A stretch of 64,000 nucleotides of DNA from Pirellulales bacterium. GTDB taxonomy: Bacteria; Planctomycetota; Planctomycetia; Pirellulales; JADZDJ01. The stretch lies in contig OY970289.1 in the NCBI GenBank assembly GCA_963716135.1, forward strand, positions 1,783,462 to 1,847,461. The letters run 5' to 3'. Of this stretch, positions 55,795 through 64,000 are shown piece by piece. The notes beneath the pieces are model-generated. The model made no database searches. It had not been told where the DNA came from and saw nothing but the letters and a program-made list of their open reading frames with translations. Numbering within the stretch: position 1 is the stretch's first letter; each line of letters opens with the position of its first letter. A program made the position numbers and the translations under genes.

Positions 55795-57377
55795 TCAACC
55801 GGCGGTTCTTCGCCGGGCGAAGCGCGCGGCCAAGAGTGCTGCGGCGGACAGGGCCAGGCAAATGCTCGCGGGTTCTGGAACCGCCATCAAGGCGAGGTCG
55901 TTGCCGCCGATGAAACTGTTGCCATCGACGTCGGCGAAGTAGGTGATTTGGAACCACAGGCCGTTGGACTCGAGGATCGACCCCTCGGCCGCATTCGCGA
56001 ATTGACCGTTGATGGCGTTCGCACCCTTGTTGTTGATGATGTAATAAATGTCGCCGAGGATGGGGGTGAAATCGCCGGCGAAGAGTTTTAGCGTGGCGCC
56101 GCCGACGGATACATTGCCGTCGATATCCATGCGGTCGTAACCTGTCTCAGGCTGCGAGCCATTGATTCCCATGTCCAATTCCGATTCTTCTTCGAACGTG
56201 AGGTCGCCTTCGATCTCGAATTCCTCCGGGCTGTCGCCGAAAAAGTTTGGCGAATTTGTTTGGGCCCCCGCCGTGCCGCTATAGCTGCCTTGAAAAGTTG
56301 TTTGGCGGCGGATGACAACATCGCCGCCGATTATCGATTGATCGGCAACTTCAATCCGGCCTCCGGCGAGAACGATAGCCCCTGTCGCGGCGCTATGATC
56401 GCCGGAAATGCCGAGCACGCCGCTGAGGACCGTGGTACCGCCGGTATAAGTGGCGGCGCCGGTCAGCAGCCATATGTCGCTGCCGGTTTTGACAATCGAT
56501 GTGGCGCCGCCGGGGCCGTCGGCGATGGAAGCAGCGAGTTTACTCGTGTTTCGCGTTCCAAAGACGCTTGCGGATCCACCCAGCGTCAGCGTGCGCGGAC
56601 CCGAGCCGCTATAAGCGAGAGCCGCCGTGGAATTGAAATACAAGTCGTCGGAGCCATTGTTCAGGATCGTGGCGCCGCCAGGTGAGACGGTGAATTGCCG
56701 ATCGGTAGCATCGCCCACGCCGGTGTATTCGAGCGTTCCGCCTTCGAATTTCAAATTGCTGGCCGCGGCGCTGCTTGCGCCAGGGCGCTATTGCTGCCGC
56801 CGTTGGCCAGCGAGGTGATACTTAGCGTTCCGCCCGCGATGGTGACCGCGCCAGTAAAGGTGTTGGAATCGTTCTTCAAAACCAATTTACCTGGTCCTGC
56901 TTTGGTGAGGGCGCCGGAACCGGAAACGGTTTTGTAGGCCGTCAGGGTCAGGCCGTCGCCGATCGTCCACGTTTGATCCAGCGGGAGCGACACGGTGGTG
57001 TTCAGCCCGGGGAGCCTGTTCGGGCTGCCCGTGACGGTCACGCCACCGCTGCCGATGTTGAATGCGCCTGCAGACTGCGAAATGAACCAAACCGCGTCGG
57101 TGTTATCGAGCGTGACGCCGCCAACAATAACGTTGCCGTTGAGATTGGGTTGATTGGCGATCGTGGCTTGATTTCCGAAAGCTACCGTATCGTTGAACCG
57201 GGCGCCGTCGAACCAATCGCTTGGGCCGTTAGGTGTCCAAGCGCTAGCGGTTGTCCAGGAGGTGGTCGAATCGTTCCACATGTAAGTGGTTTGGGCGCGA
57301 GCGGCGGTCGTTGCCAGAAGCCCAGAGAAGAGAATCGCCAGTGGCGCGGCAAGGCGCTGAATGGAGCGTCGGCTCAT
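55795..57377 (-). pseudogene. Autotransporter-associated beta-strand-repeat protein with PEP-CTERM anchor, one frame break (~56778-56782)
   Basis: ATG comp. 57375-57377 gives 'MSRRSIQRLAAPLAILFSGLLATTAARA'. Repeats include '..GSGALTKAGPGKLVLKNDSNTFTGAVTIAGGTLSI..'. The junction is 'GGSNSAL|GASSAAASNLKFEGGTLEYTG'. The C-terminus is 'MAVPEPASICLALSAAALLAARFARRR' (PEP-CTERM). Confidence 0.8.
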
Positions 57378-57498
57378 TGGCGTTTCCTGGAACCGATTCG
57401 ACGAGGACGAGCGATGCCGCGGACGTGACAAGATTAACAGGAGTTTATACCCGAGCGCGGGGGGAAAGGAAAGGAAAATTTGGGGGATGCGAGAAAGG

Positions 57499-57520
57499 GC
57501 CGGGCTGGGGACAGCCCGGC
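57499..57520 (-). terminator. Hairpin after the sulfotransferase gene (weak U-tail)
   Basis: Stem GCCGGGCTG (57499-57507) / CAGCCCGGC (57512-57520). The minus-strand continuation is CCCTTTCTC. Confidence 0.4.
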
Positions 57521-57547
57521 TCGGGCTGATGCCGCCGCGAGGAGGAA

Positions 57548-58696
57548 TTATTCGTAGCCGTAACGCACGAAATAATCGCTCCAGCGGCGGCGGATTTCGG
57601 TGCGGAGTTCGGGTTCCAGGTCGTGGCGGTTGACCTGATAGTCTTTTTGCTGGCTCGCGTACGCTTCGAGCTGCGGGCGGACTTGCTCGAAGTCGCCCAG
57701 TTCGAGCTTCTCATAAATAGAGCGGACCTGGCCGACGGGATCGCGCACCAGATCTTCGTAGCGGATCTCGCAGAGTTGCGAAGGAACGATTTTCTCTCGC
57801 TGGCGGTTGAACCCGCGGTACATGCGTTCGAAAGAGGCGAACACGTATTCGTCCAGGTTGCGATCGTGCGGGTGCTGCAGTCCTTGGGGCCAATCCAAGG
57901 AGACCCACAAGCGCCGCGTGCTGGGGAAAATGGTGTACGGATCGCGGACGATGTGGACGAACTTCGCGCCGGGGAAGAGGCGCGACAGTTCTTCGATGCG
58001 GCCGGTGTGGGGGGGCGATTTCATGATCAGCCGCTTGCCCTTTTTCATCGTCAGCGCCTGCACGAAGTATTTGATGTCGTGCCGCCAGCGATCGAGGTCG
58101 TCCAGCTGGCAGCCGTCCATGTCGAGGAATTCGTTGAATGGCGGCGGGTCGTTGGGATACGCCATGCGGCAGTAAGGCGTGGGGGCGCCCATCGTCAAAA
58201 GCGCGAACTCGTCTTCCTGCGGGCGGTGCCAGCCGGTGGGCATGTTGTCCATCGGGCGTTTGCCCGGCAACAGCGGCCAAAGCAACGTGGGGGCGAACCA
58301 GCCGGTGACTAGAAAATGGTTCGGCTCGAAGCATTCGTAGTAGGTGGGATAGGCGAAGCGGTCGTCGCGGACCATCAATTCATGCAGGTAGGTGGTGCCG
58401 CTGCGCCAATGGCCGATGATGAAAATCGGCGGCTCTTTGATTTCAGTGGCGGCAATGCGGCGGTCGTAGATCAACCGCTGCAAAAATGCCCAGCAGGAAT
58501 TGATGATGGCGCAGCCCGTAATGATGAGCGCCATGCAGATGCGCAGCGGGTGGATGCGAAAGTGCCCGCGCACCATCACCTTCCACCAATCGCCCAGGCG
58601 CATGCCGCTCCAGAAGCGGGGCGCGTAGAAGGGGTAGGCGTTGAGCTTCAGCTTTTTCTTGAGCGCGGGCTTGGGCTTTTCGAGAGCGGTAGACAT
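57548..58696 (-). CDS. Membrane-anchored sulfotransferase family protein
   Basis: 382-aa ORF with TM 'ICMALIITGCAIINSCWAF', then 'PPIFIIGHWRSGTTYLHELM' (5'-PSB loop) and 'LIMKSPPHTGRIEELSRLFPGAKFVHIVRDP' (3'-PB region). Confidence 0.85.
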   Translation of the reverse strand: MSTALEKPKPALKKKLKLNAYPFYAPRFWSGMRLGDWWKVMVRGHFRIHPLRICMALIITGCAIINSCWAFLQRLIYDRRIAATEIKEPPIFIIGHWRSGTTYLHELMVRDDRFAYPTYYECFEPNHFLVTGWFAPTLLWPLLPGKRPMDNMPTGWHRPQEDEFALLTMGAPTPYCRMAYPNDPPPFNEFLDMDGCQLDDLDRWRHDIKYFVQALTMKKGKRLIMKSPPHTGRIEELSRLFPGAKFVHIVRDPYTIFPSTRRLWVSLDWPQGLQHPHDRNLDEYVFASFERMYRGFNRQREKIVPSQLCEIRYEDLVRDPVGQVRSIYEKLELGDFEQVRPQLEAYASQQKDYQVNRHDLEPELRTEIRRRWSDYFVRYGYE

Positions 58697-58865
58697 GGAT
58701 GGCGATCGGCGGCAAAAAGTTAGCGGTCCATTGTAGCAATGGGCAATGGAGAATGAGAGTGTCGGGGCTTGATGGGGTGTGAGGGCTCTGCCAAACTATG
58801 GAATCACAAATCTTCCCGACTGACACAGTCGGGCTATGTAGCGGTCATTCGTGGGTGAAGCGGCC

Positions 58866-60020
58866 ATGAAATTCTTCACTTTTCATTTGATGCCGTGGGA
58901 TCGGTTGCCGGCCGATTTTGAGACGAAGTATGAATCGGCGTGGACGTGGCTGCCCAACAGCGTGTACGAGCCGGAGCATGGGCACGAGTTGTACAACCGG
59001 TATCTGGATGAGTTGGTTCTGGCCGATGAGTTGGGGTTCGACGGCGTGTGCGTCAACGAGCATCATCAGAATGCTTACGGCACGATGCCCAGCCCGAACT
59101 TGATGGGGGCGATTCTGGCGCGGCAGACGAAGCGAGTGAAGATCGCGGTGATTGGCAATGCGCTGCCGCTTTACAATCCGCCGACGCGCGTGGCGGAAGA
59201 GTTTGCGATGATCGACGTGATCAGCGGCGGCCGGTTGATCGCGGGGTTGGTGGTCGGCGGAGGGCCGGAATATTACAGCTTCACGATCAACCCGACGTTT
59301 GCCCGCAGCATGTATCAGGAGGCGGTCGATCTGATCATTCGCGCGTGGACGGAGCCGGGGCCGTTTGAGCATTACGGGAAGCACTGGAAGCTGAAGTATG
59401 TGAACCCTTGGCCCAGGCCGATCCAGCAGCCGCATCCGCCGATTTGGATTCCGGGGGCGGGGAGCAAGGAGACGATCGAGTACGTGGCGGCCAAGCGGTG
59501 GAGCTACATGGGGATTCCGTATTTCCACATCGATTTCTTTCAGCGGAACTTTGATATGTTCCGCAAGAGCGCGGAAAAGAACGGATACACGGCCGATCCG
59601 GAGCAGTTGGGTTGGCTGTTGCCGATTTATGTGGCGGAGAACGATGAGAAAGCGTGGGCGGAATACGAGCAGCACCTGTGGTATTTTGCGCGGAAGCTGC
59701 TGAAGGGGTTGGCGGTGCTGCCGCCGGGGTACACCAGCGTGCAGTCGATCGCGGTGATCAACAAGGCGAAGGACAAATTCCTCACCAACGTGACGACGCG
59801 CAAGCAAGTGGAAGAAGGGGGCTACGCCATTGTGGGCAGCCCCGCTACCGTGCGCGATCGGTTGATCGAATACGTGAAGAAATTGGGCGTGGGAAATTTG
59901 CTGGGGCTGTTCCAGTTGGGGAGCCTGCCGGCGGATTTGACCAAGAAGAATATGACGATGTTTGCGAAGGAAGTTTTGCCGGCACTGCGGAAGGAATTGC
60001 AGCCGGCGTCAGTGGCGTGA
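58866..60020 (+). CDS. LLM-class (luciferase-like) flavin-dependent oxidoreductase
   Basis: ATG 58866. 'ADELGFDGVCVNEHHQNAYGTMPSPNLMGAILARQTKRVKIAVIGNALPLYNPPTRVAEEFAMIDVISGGRLIAGLV' is the typical LLM TIM-barrel N-half. Confidence 0.85.
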   Translation: MKFFTFHLMPWDRLPADFETKYESAWTWLPNSVYEPEHGHELYNRYLDELVLADELGFDGVCVNEHHQNAYGTMPSPNLMGAILARQTKRVKIAVIGNALPLYNPPTRVAEEFAMIDVISGGRLIAGLVVGGGPEYYSFTINPTFARSMYQEAVDLIIRAWTEPGPFEHYGKHWKLKYVNPWPRPIQQPHPPIWIPGAGSKETIEYVAAKRWSYMGIPYFHIDFFQRNFDMFRKSAEKNGYTADPEQLGWLLPIYVAENDEKAWAEYEQHLWYFARKLLKGLAVLPPGYTSVQSIAVINKAKDKFLTNVTTRKQVEEGGYAIVGSPATVRDRLIEYVKKLGVGNLLGLFQLGSLPADLTKKNMTMFAKEVLPALRKELQPASVA

Positions 60021-60065
60021 ATGTCTGAATGTCTAAATGACTAAATGTCTGAATGATTTGAATTC
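60021..60065. repeat. Tandem word array, family B (AATGTCT / AAATGAC), in the LLM-hydrolase spacer
   Basis: 'atgtctgaatgtctaaatgactaaatgtctgaatgatttgaattc'. It shares CTAAATGACTAAATG with 3498-3555. Confidence 0.5.
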
Positions 60066-60854
60066 ATGACGCAAATTGAGAATACGACTGAGTTCGTCAC
60101 CATTGCCGGCAAGAAGACGCAGGTGATGCGCGGGGGGAAGGGGCCGCCCTTGGTTTATTTGCACAGCGCCGGCGGGGAGATGGAGTGGACGGCGTTTCAC
60201 GACGGGCTGGCGCGGAGTTTTTCGGTGATCGCGCCGGCGCATCCCGGGTTTTCGCTGTCGGAAGGGCTGGATCAGGTCGAGAACATCCACGATTATGCCT
60301 GGCACTACGTCGATTTGTTTGAGCAATTCGATTTGCGCAAGGTGCCGGTGGTCGGTTTTTCGCTCGGCGGCTGGTTGGCGGTCGAGCTGGCGATCCTGCG
60401 GCCGGAGCTGGTGAGCAAGCTGGTGATCGCGAATCCCGCGGGGCTGCACGTGCAAGGTGCGCCGATGGCCGAGTGGTTCATTGATGACTTGATGAAATTG
60501 CGGAACATGCTGTTTTTCGATCCGATGGGCCCGGTCGCCCTGGAAGTTGCGCCGCTGGAACCCACGGAACTTCAACTGCTGATGTTTTTGCGGGCGCGCG
60601 AGGCGACGGCGCGAGTAGGTTGGAACCCGTATTTGCACAATCCGAAATTGCCGCAGCATTTGCGGCGTGTGCGGTGTTCGACGTTGGTGATCAGTGCGCG
60701 GGACGACAAGCTGATTCCGGCGGCGCACGCTCGCTATTATGCCGAGCACATTCCCGAAGCGCGGCTGGAAACCTTTGAGAACTGCGGGCACATGCTGCCG
60801 TATGAGAAATGCGATGAATTTGTGCGGCTTGCGACGCAGTTTGCGAAGAGTTAA
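60066..60854 (+). CDS. Alpha/beta-fold hydrolase
   Basis: 262-aa ORF with 'PPLVYLHSAGG', nucleophile elbow 'VVGFSLGGWLA' and C-terminal 'FENCGHMLPYE' (catalytic His). Confidence 0.88.
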   Translation: MTQIENTTEFVTIAGKKTQVMRGGKGPPLVYLHSAGGEMEWTAFHDGLARSFSVIAPAHPGFSLSEGLDQVENIHDYAWHYVDLFEQFDLRKVPVVGFSLGGWLAVELAILRPELVSKLVIANPAGLHVQGAPMAEWFIDDLMKLRNMLFFDPMGPVALEVAPLEPTELQLLMFLRAREATARVGWNPYLHNPKLPQHLRRVRCSTLVISARDDKLIPAAHARYYAEHIPEARLETFENCGHMLPYEKCDEFVRLATQFAKS

Positions 60855-60855
60855 C

Positions 60856-60912
60856 CGCGAAGGCGCGAAGAGCGCGAAGAAAGCAGAAGGCAGAAAGCAG
60901 AAGGCAGAAGGG
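60856..60912. repeat. Composite purine-word array (GCGAAG words then family F)
   Basis: 'cgcgaaggcgcgaagagcgcgaagaaaGCAGAAGGCAGAAAGCAGAAGGCAGAAGggg' lies between the convergent hydrolase and TPR genes. Confidence 0.6.
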
Positions 60913-60918
60913 GCCGAA

Positions 60919-63110
60919 CTAGCGGTGGATCGTGGCGGGGTGCTTGTCGGCGGAGGTGTCGAACTTGGCGGCCATATCGGAAAAGTTGCGGGCCTCCTGG
61001 GTATGTCCCAGCGCCTGATGCATGGCGGCGAGGTTGTTGTAGGGCACGGTTAACGATTTGGGTTCGATCAGACTTTGGTGCACCGCCTCCTCGATGTGCT
61101 GCATGCCGGCATCGGTGAGTTCCAGCGCCACTTTGCGTTGGCCCACTTCCCAATAGCTGATGCCCATGCTCACGAGCCATTCGCCATAGTGGCCTTGTTG
61201 AGCGTGCTGCGTGGGCGGGATGGGCCGATCCAAGAGCGGGAATGCTTTTTCGTACCAACTGACGGCGGTTTTGTGATCGTTGCGGCGCACGGCGTGCATG
61301 GCGCCGACGCGGTAATAAATGGAGCCGAGGCGGAAAACATCTTCAGGATTTTCGCGTCGGCCTTTGGCGCCTTCTTCGAGATAGCTGGCCGTCAGCGTGG
61401 CATTGTCGAGCGCATGGGCGCGGGGCCGCGGAGCTGGTCGGCGGTCAGGCCGTCGGAAAGCGCGAGGCCTAATTCCCACTCCAGGCGGTGTTTTCGCCAA
61501 GGATCGTTGGCCGCGGCAATCAACTGCTTGCCTTGCTGCAGTGCCTGGCGAGTCCAGGGGAGCGGATCGATTTTGCCCTCGGCTGCGGCGCAGGCGGCCA
61601 GCGCCGCGCGCGCACGCGCAGGCGGAGCGCGGGATCGGCTGATTCGTTGTTGATCAAGTCTTCGGCAAAGGCGGTGGCGCGGTCGATCCACTTGGGAACG
61701 ATTTGCGGTTTTTGGCCGTAAACGCCGCAGGCGATGTCGTTGGCGGCGCCCAGGTGCGCGTCGATCAGAACCAGCTTGGCGGCGCGGCGCACCGTGGCGC
61801 GTTTGTCGTGCGCCAGTTGATCGGCGGCTTTGATGGCGGCCAAATGCTGGTCCAGCGCGAGCTTGTAATCGTGCGCAGGGCTGTCGGCGATGAGTTGTGC
61901 CAGTTGGCACAAAGACTTCGACTTGAGCTCCAGGTCGTCTTGATTGGCCGAGGTTAGCACCTCTTTCGTCTCTTGGGCAGCTTGATCGTATTTTCCAAGG
62001 CAGCCAAGAATTTCGCAGCGGAGCAAGCGGTAAGTCGGTTGATTTTCGTCGGCGGCCAGGGCCGATTGGCAAGCCGCCAGCGCCTCGTCGTAATGCGCGC
62101 AGGGATAACAGCAGCTTTGCCTGCAGGTAGTGAGCGCGGGCGTGCTGGGGCTGCTGCTGCAGGACATATTCCAGATCGGCCTGGCTGCGGCGGCATTGCG
62201 TGTCGAGGTTCATCTCGGCCCGCAGCACGAACGATTCATAATCGATTTTTTCCAGCGAGACGTGCGAGACGAGCTTGCCGCCGGGGGCATAGGTCAGCAG
62301 CACGCCGCGCTCGGGATAGGCCTGGCCCAGCGGCTGGCCGGTTTCGTCGGGAATGTTGACCGGCCGGACGTCGGCGATTTGCAGTTGCTTGGCCAAGACG
62401 GCGGTGCTGAGGGGTTTGGCCAACTGCACGACGATCGATTTCACGACGTTGTCGTTCAGCGTGACGTCGATGCGCGGAAACGACTCGAGCTTATAGCTGC
62501 GGACATTTTCGGCGCCGGGTTCGGAGGCGACTTTGCCTTCGCCCCAGAGTTGAATTAATTCTTCGGTGGTGGTTTTGCCGGGCTGCACGCCGTTGAAAGC
62601 AGCGGCATCGATCTTCACGCCAGCCGGCGGCGGCAGATCGTCGAACGTGGCGGCGAACGGACCGGAATTGGTGATGTCGTCGCCGCCGACAGTATCGTTT
62701 TCGTCGGGAGCGCTTGCGGGCGGAGTTTCAGGAATTGCCTCGTGCGGTCGATCGTGGTGGGAAGAACCGACTTTGACGGACTTCGGGACAGTGGGGCCCT
62801 CGTCGGCCAATTCGGGCGACGTGGCGTTCGTCGGCATGGGGGCGGATTCTTCAACCGCGCTACGCTCTTCAGCGGCTTCTGAGTGATGCGGCGTTTCGCT
62901 GGATTGCTCGATGCTGGCCCGGGGCAACGGAATATCGCGGGGTGCTTGGGCGTCGGAATCGGCGGAATCCAGTTCGTCTGCGGCCGGCATCGGAGCGGAT
63001 TCGCGGGCCAAAAGCGGCAATCCGCAGCAGCAGAAGTGCAGCGACGCGGCCATGAAGACGACGCGCATCGCGGGCCATAATAGCCGACGCGAGAATGTGG
63101 TTAACCGCAT
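60919..63110 (-). pseudogene. Large secreted/anchored TPR-repeat protein, three frame breaks (~62091-62100, ~61603-61620, ~61414-61425)
   Basis: ATG comp. 63108-63110 has AAGGAGG upstream. The pieces are: 'MRLTTFSRRLLWPAMRVVFMAASL...QQQPQHARAHYLQAKLLLSLR' | 'HYDEALAACQSALAADENQPTYRLLRCEILGCLGKYDQA...ADPALRLRV' | 'AALAACAAAEGKIDPLPWTRQALQQGKQLIAAANDPWRKHRLEWELGLALSDGLTADQLRG' | 'HALDNATLTASYLEEGAKG...YYRVGAMHAVRRNDHKTAVSWYEKA...'. It is spread over track ORFs 61392..63230, 61520..62167 and 60919..61500. Confidence 0.75.
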
Positions 63111-63260
63111 CGCGTGTTCCTCCTTGAACACCGTCGATGAACGCTCGACAATAATTACGACTAATTTCGACTGACGTGCGAGTGCGCGAAAGCTGCGCGT
63201 GACTGCGCAGGAGGCAGAGAATAGCGGCACAAGCGGGGAGGGTCTAGAGCAGAAGCGCTG

Positions 63261-64000
63261 CTAGCGGCTGGCGATTGGCTGATCGCTGTTAGCCAGCAGT
63301 GACAGCAAGGCCGAACGTGCTGCGGAAATGTCGTCGAATATCGATGCATTGTGGGCGAGACGCAATTGCTCGACTTGCCGTTGGGTGAATGGCACGGCAT
63401 CGCCCGGACGCAATTCAAGCGGAACCAGTCGGGCACAAATCTGTTTCAGCAAATTTTCGATGCCGTCGCCGGTTAGCGCGCTCGTGAACACAGTCGCGGG
63501 GGTGGTTGGCGAAACGATCAGATCGCGTTTGTTGCCGACGACCAAAGCGCGGGGAAATTTCTCGATGAGTTGAGCATCCGCGGCCGTCCAAGGTTGCGAC
63601 ACATCGAATACCAGCAGCAGGCAGTCGGCGGCTTGCGCTTGCTCGGCGGCGCGGATTGCGCCGGCGGCTTCCAGCGGGTCGCCGGAATCGCGCAGCCCGG
63701 CGGTGTCGGATAGAACCATGGGCCAGCCGTCGATGGCAGTAATCGCGGTGACGACATCGCGGGTGGTGCCCGGCTGGTCGAGAACGATTGCCCGCTGGTA
63801 GCCGAGAATTGCGTTGAGCAAACTGCTTTTGCCGACGTTGGGGGGCCCGGCGATGACGATGTGCCAGGGATGCGTGAGGTGCATTCCCAAGGCGGCGCGG
63901 GCCAGCAGTTGATCGATTTCTTTGGCGACAGATTGCACATCGGCGGAATCGAGACGAGCGACGATTTGACGAAGCGCGGCGTCGAGCGCACCGTGATATT
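63261..64000 (-). CDS. mnmE: tRNA-modification GTPase MnmE/TrmE-like (5' part outside window)
   Basis: The frame is open to the window edge ('..YHGALDAALRQIVARLDSADVQSVAKEIDQLL..'). The G domain has 'IAGPPNVGKSSLLNAI' (G1), 'GTTRD' (G2), 'SDTAG' (G3) and 'GNKRD' (G4). The C-terminus ends '...LLANSDQPIASR' without the usual CIGK. Confidence 0.8.
   Translation of the reverse strand, partial: YHGALDAALRQIVARLDSADVQSVAKEIDQLLARAALGMHLTHPWHIVIAGPPNVGKSSLLNAILGYQRAIVLDQPGTTRDVVTAITAIDGWPMVLSDTAGLRDSGDPLEAAGAIRAAEQAQAADCLLLVFDVSQPWTAADAQLIEKFPRALVVGNKRDLIVSPTTPATVFTSALTGDGIENLLKQICARLVPLELRPGDAVPFTQRQVEQLRLAHNASIFDDISAARSALLSLLANSDQPIASR

Noticed and set aside
15818-60912. Whether the short word arrays or hairpins could be a CRISPR array or degenerate CRISPR remnants
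   Set aside because: The units are 6-9 nt, not 28-37 nt. There is no repeat-spacer periodicity and no cas genes. The arrays are dispersed singly at gene ends.
14040-63110. Programmed ribosomal frameshifting as the explanation for the frame breaks
   Set aside because: There are no slippery heptamers or downstream pseudoknots at the junctions. The breaks occur in many unrelated housekeeping genes, up to four per gene, which is incompatible with programmed events.

Overview
This is a GC-rich chromosomal window with no rRNA, tRNA, CRISPR array, transposase or integrase that I could find. The gene content points to a Planctomycetota (Pirellulales-like) genome: PEP-CTERM proteins, DUF1598, DUF1570 and Minf_1886-type families, autotransporter-associated beta-strand repeats, and a sulfotransferase. 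I call about 60 protein genes. They include groES-groEL plus an orphan second groES, hsp20, birA, an RlmM-like methyltransferase and a PSP1/RicT-like protein. There is a fluoride riboswitch-crcB-DUF190 unit, an S45 acylase, and a 5-gene ABC/FtsX + CPFC + 2xDUF3299 operon. Central metabolism is represented by pckA, an ackA-xfp (phosphoketolase) operon and a MOFRL glycerate kinase. Further genes are lepA, fabH, pepF, an FAD monooxygenase, yjbQ, an AhpD-like protein, ygiQ, lemA-TPM and argH. A HEAT/pseudo-receiver protein sits next to a sensor-less sigma54 activator, followed by a sulfotransferase-LLM oxidoreductase-hydrolase group, a TPR protein and the 3' part of mnmE. Three things stand out. 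(1) A visibly lower-GC islet at ~43.8-46.5 kb carries a higBA-like TA pair with a consensus, probably leaderless promoter, and a 444-aa protein ending in a HEPN-type R-x4-H motif. Each unit is preceded by a ~125-bp direct repeat. This is my best candidate for an uncharacterised defence module. (2) About 21 reading-frame breaks hit 14 otherwise well-conserved genes; pckA alone has four. These are most likely assembly indels but must be checked against reads. (3) The intergenic repeat landscape is unusual: hairpins whose arms are tandem 6-9-nt 'words', small dispersed palindromic families, and purine-rich word arrays that run into coding regions. All calls rest on manual reading of the sequence and ORF track; no searches were run.
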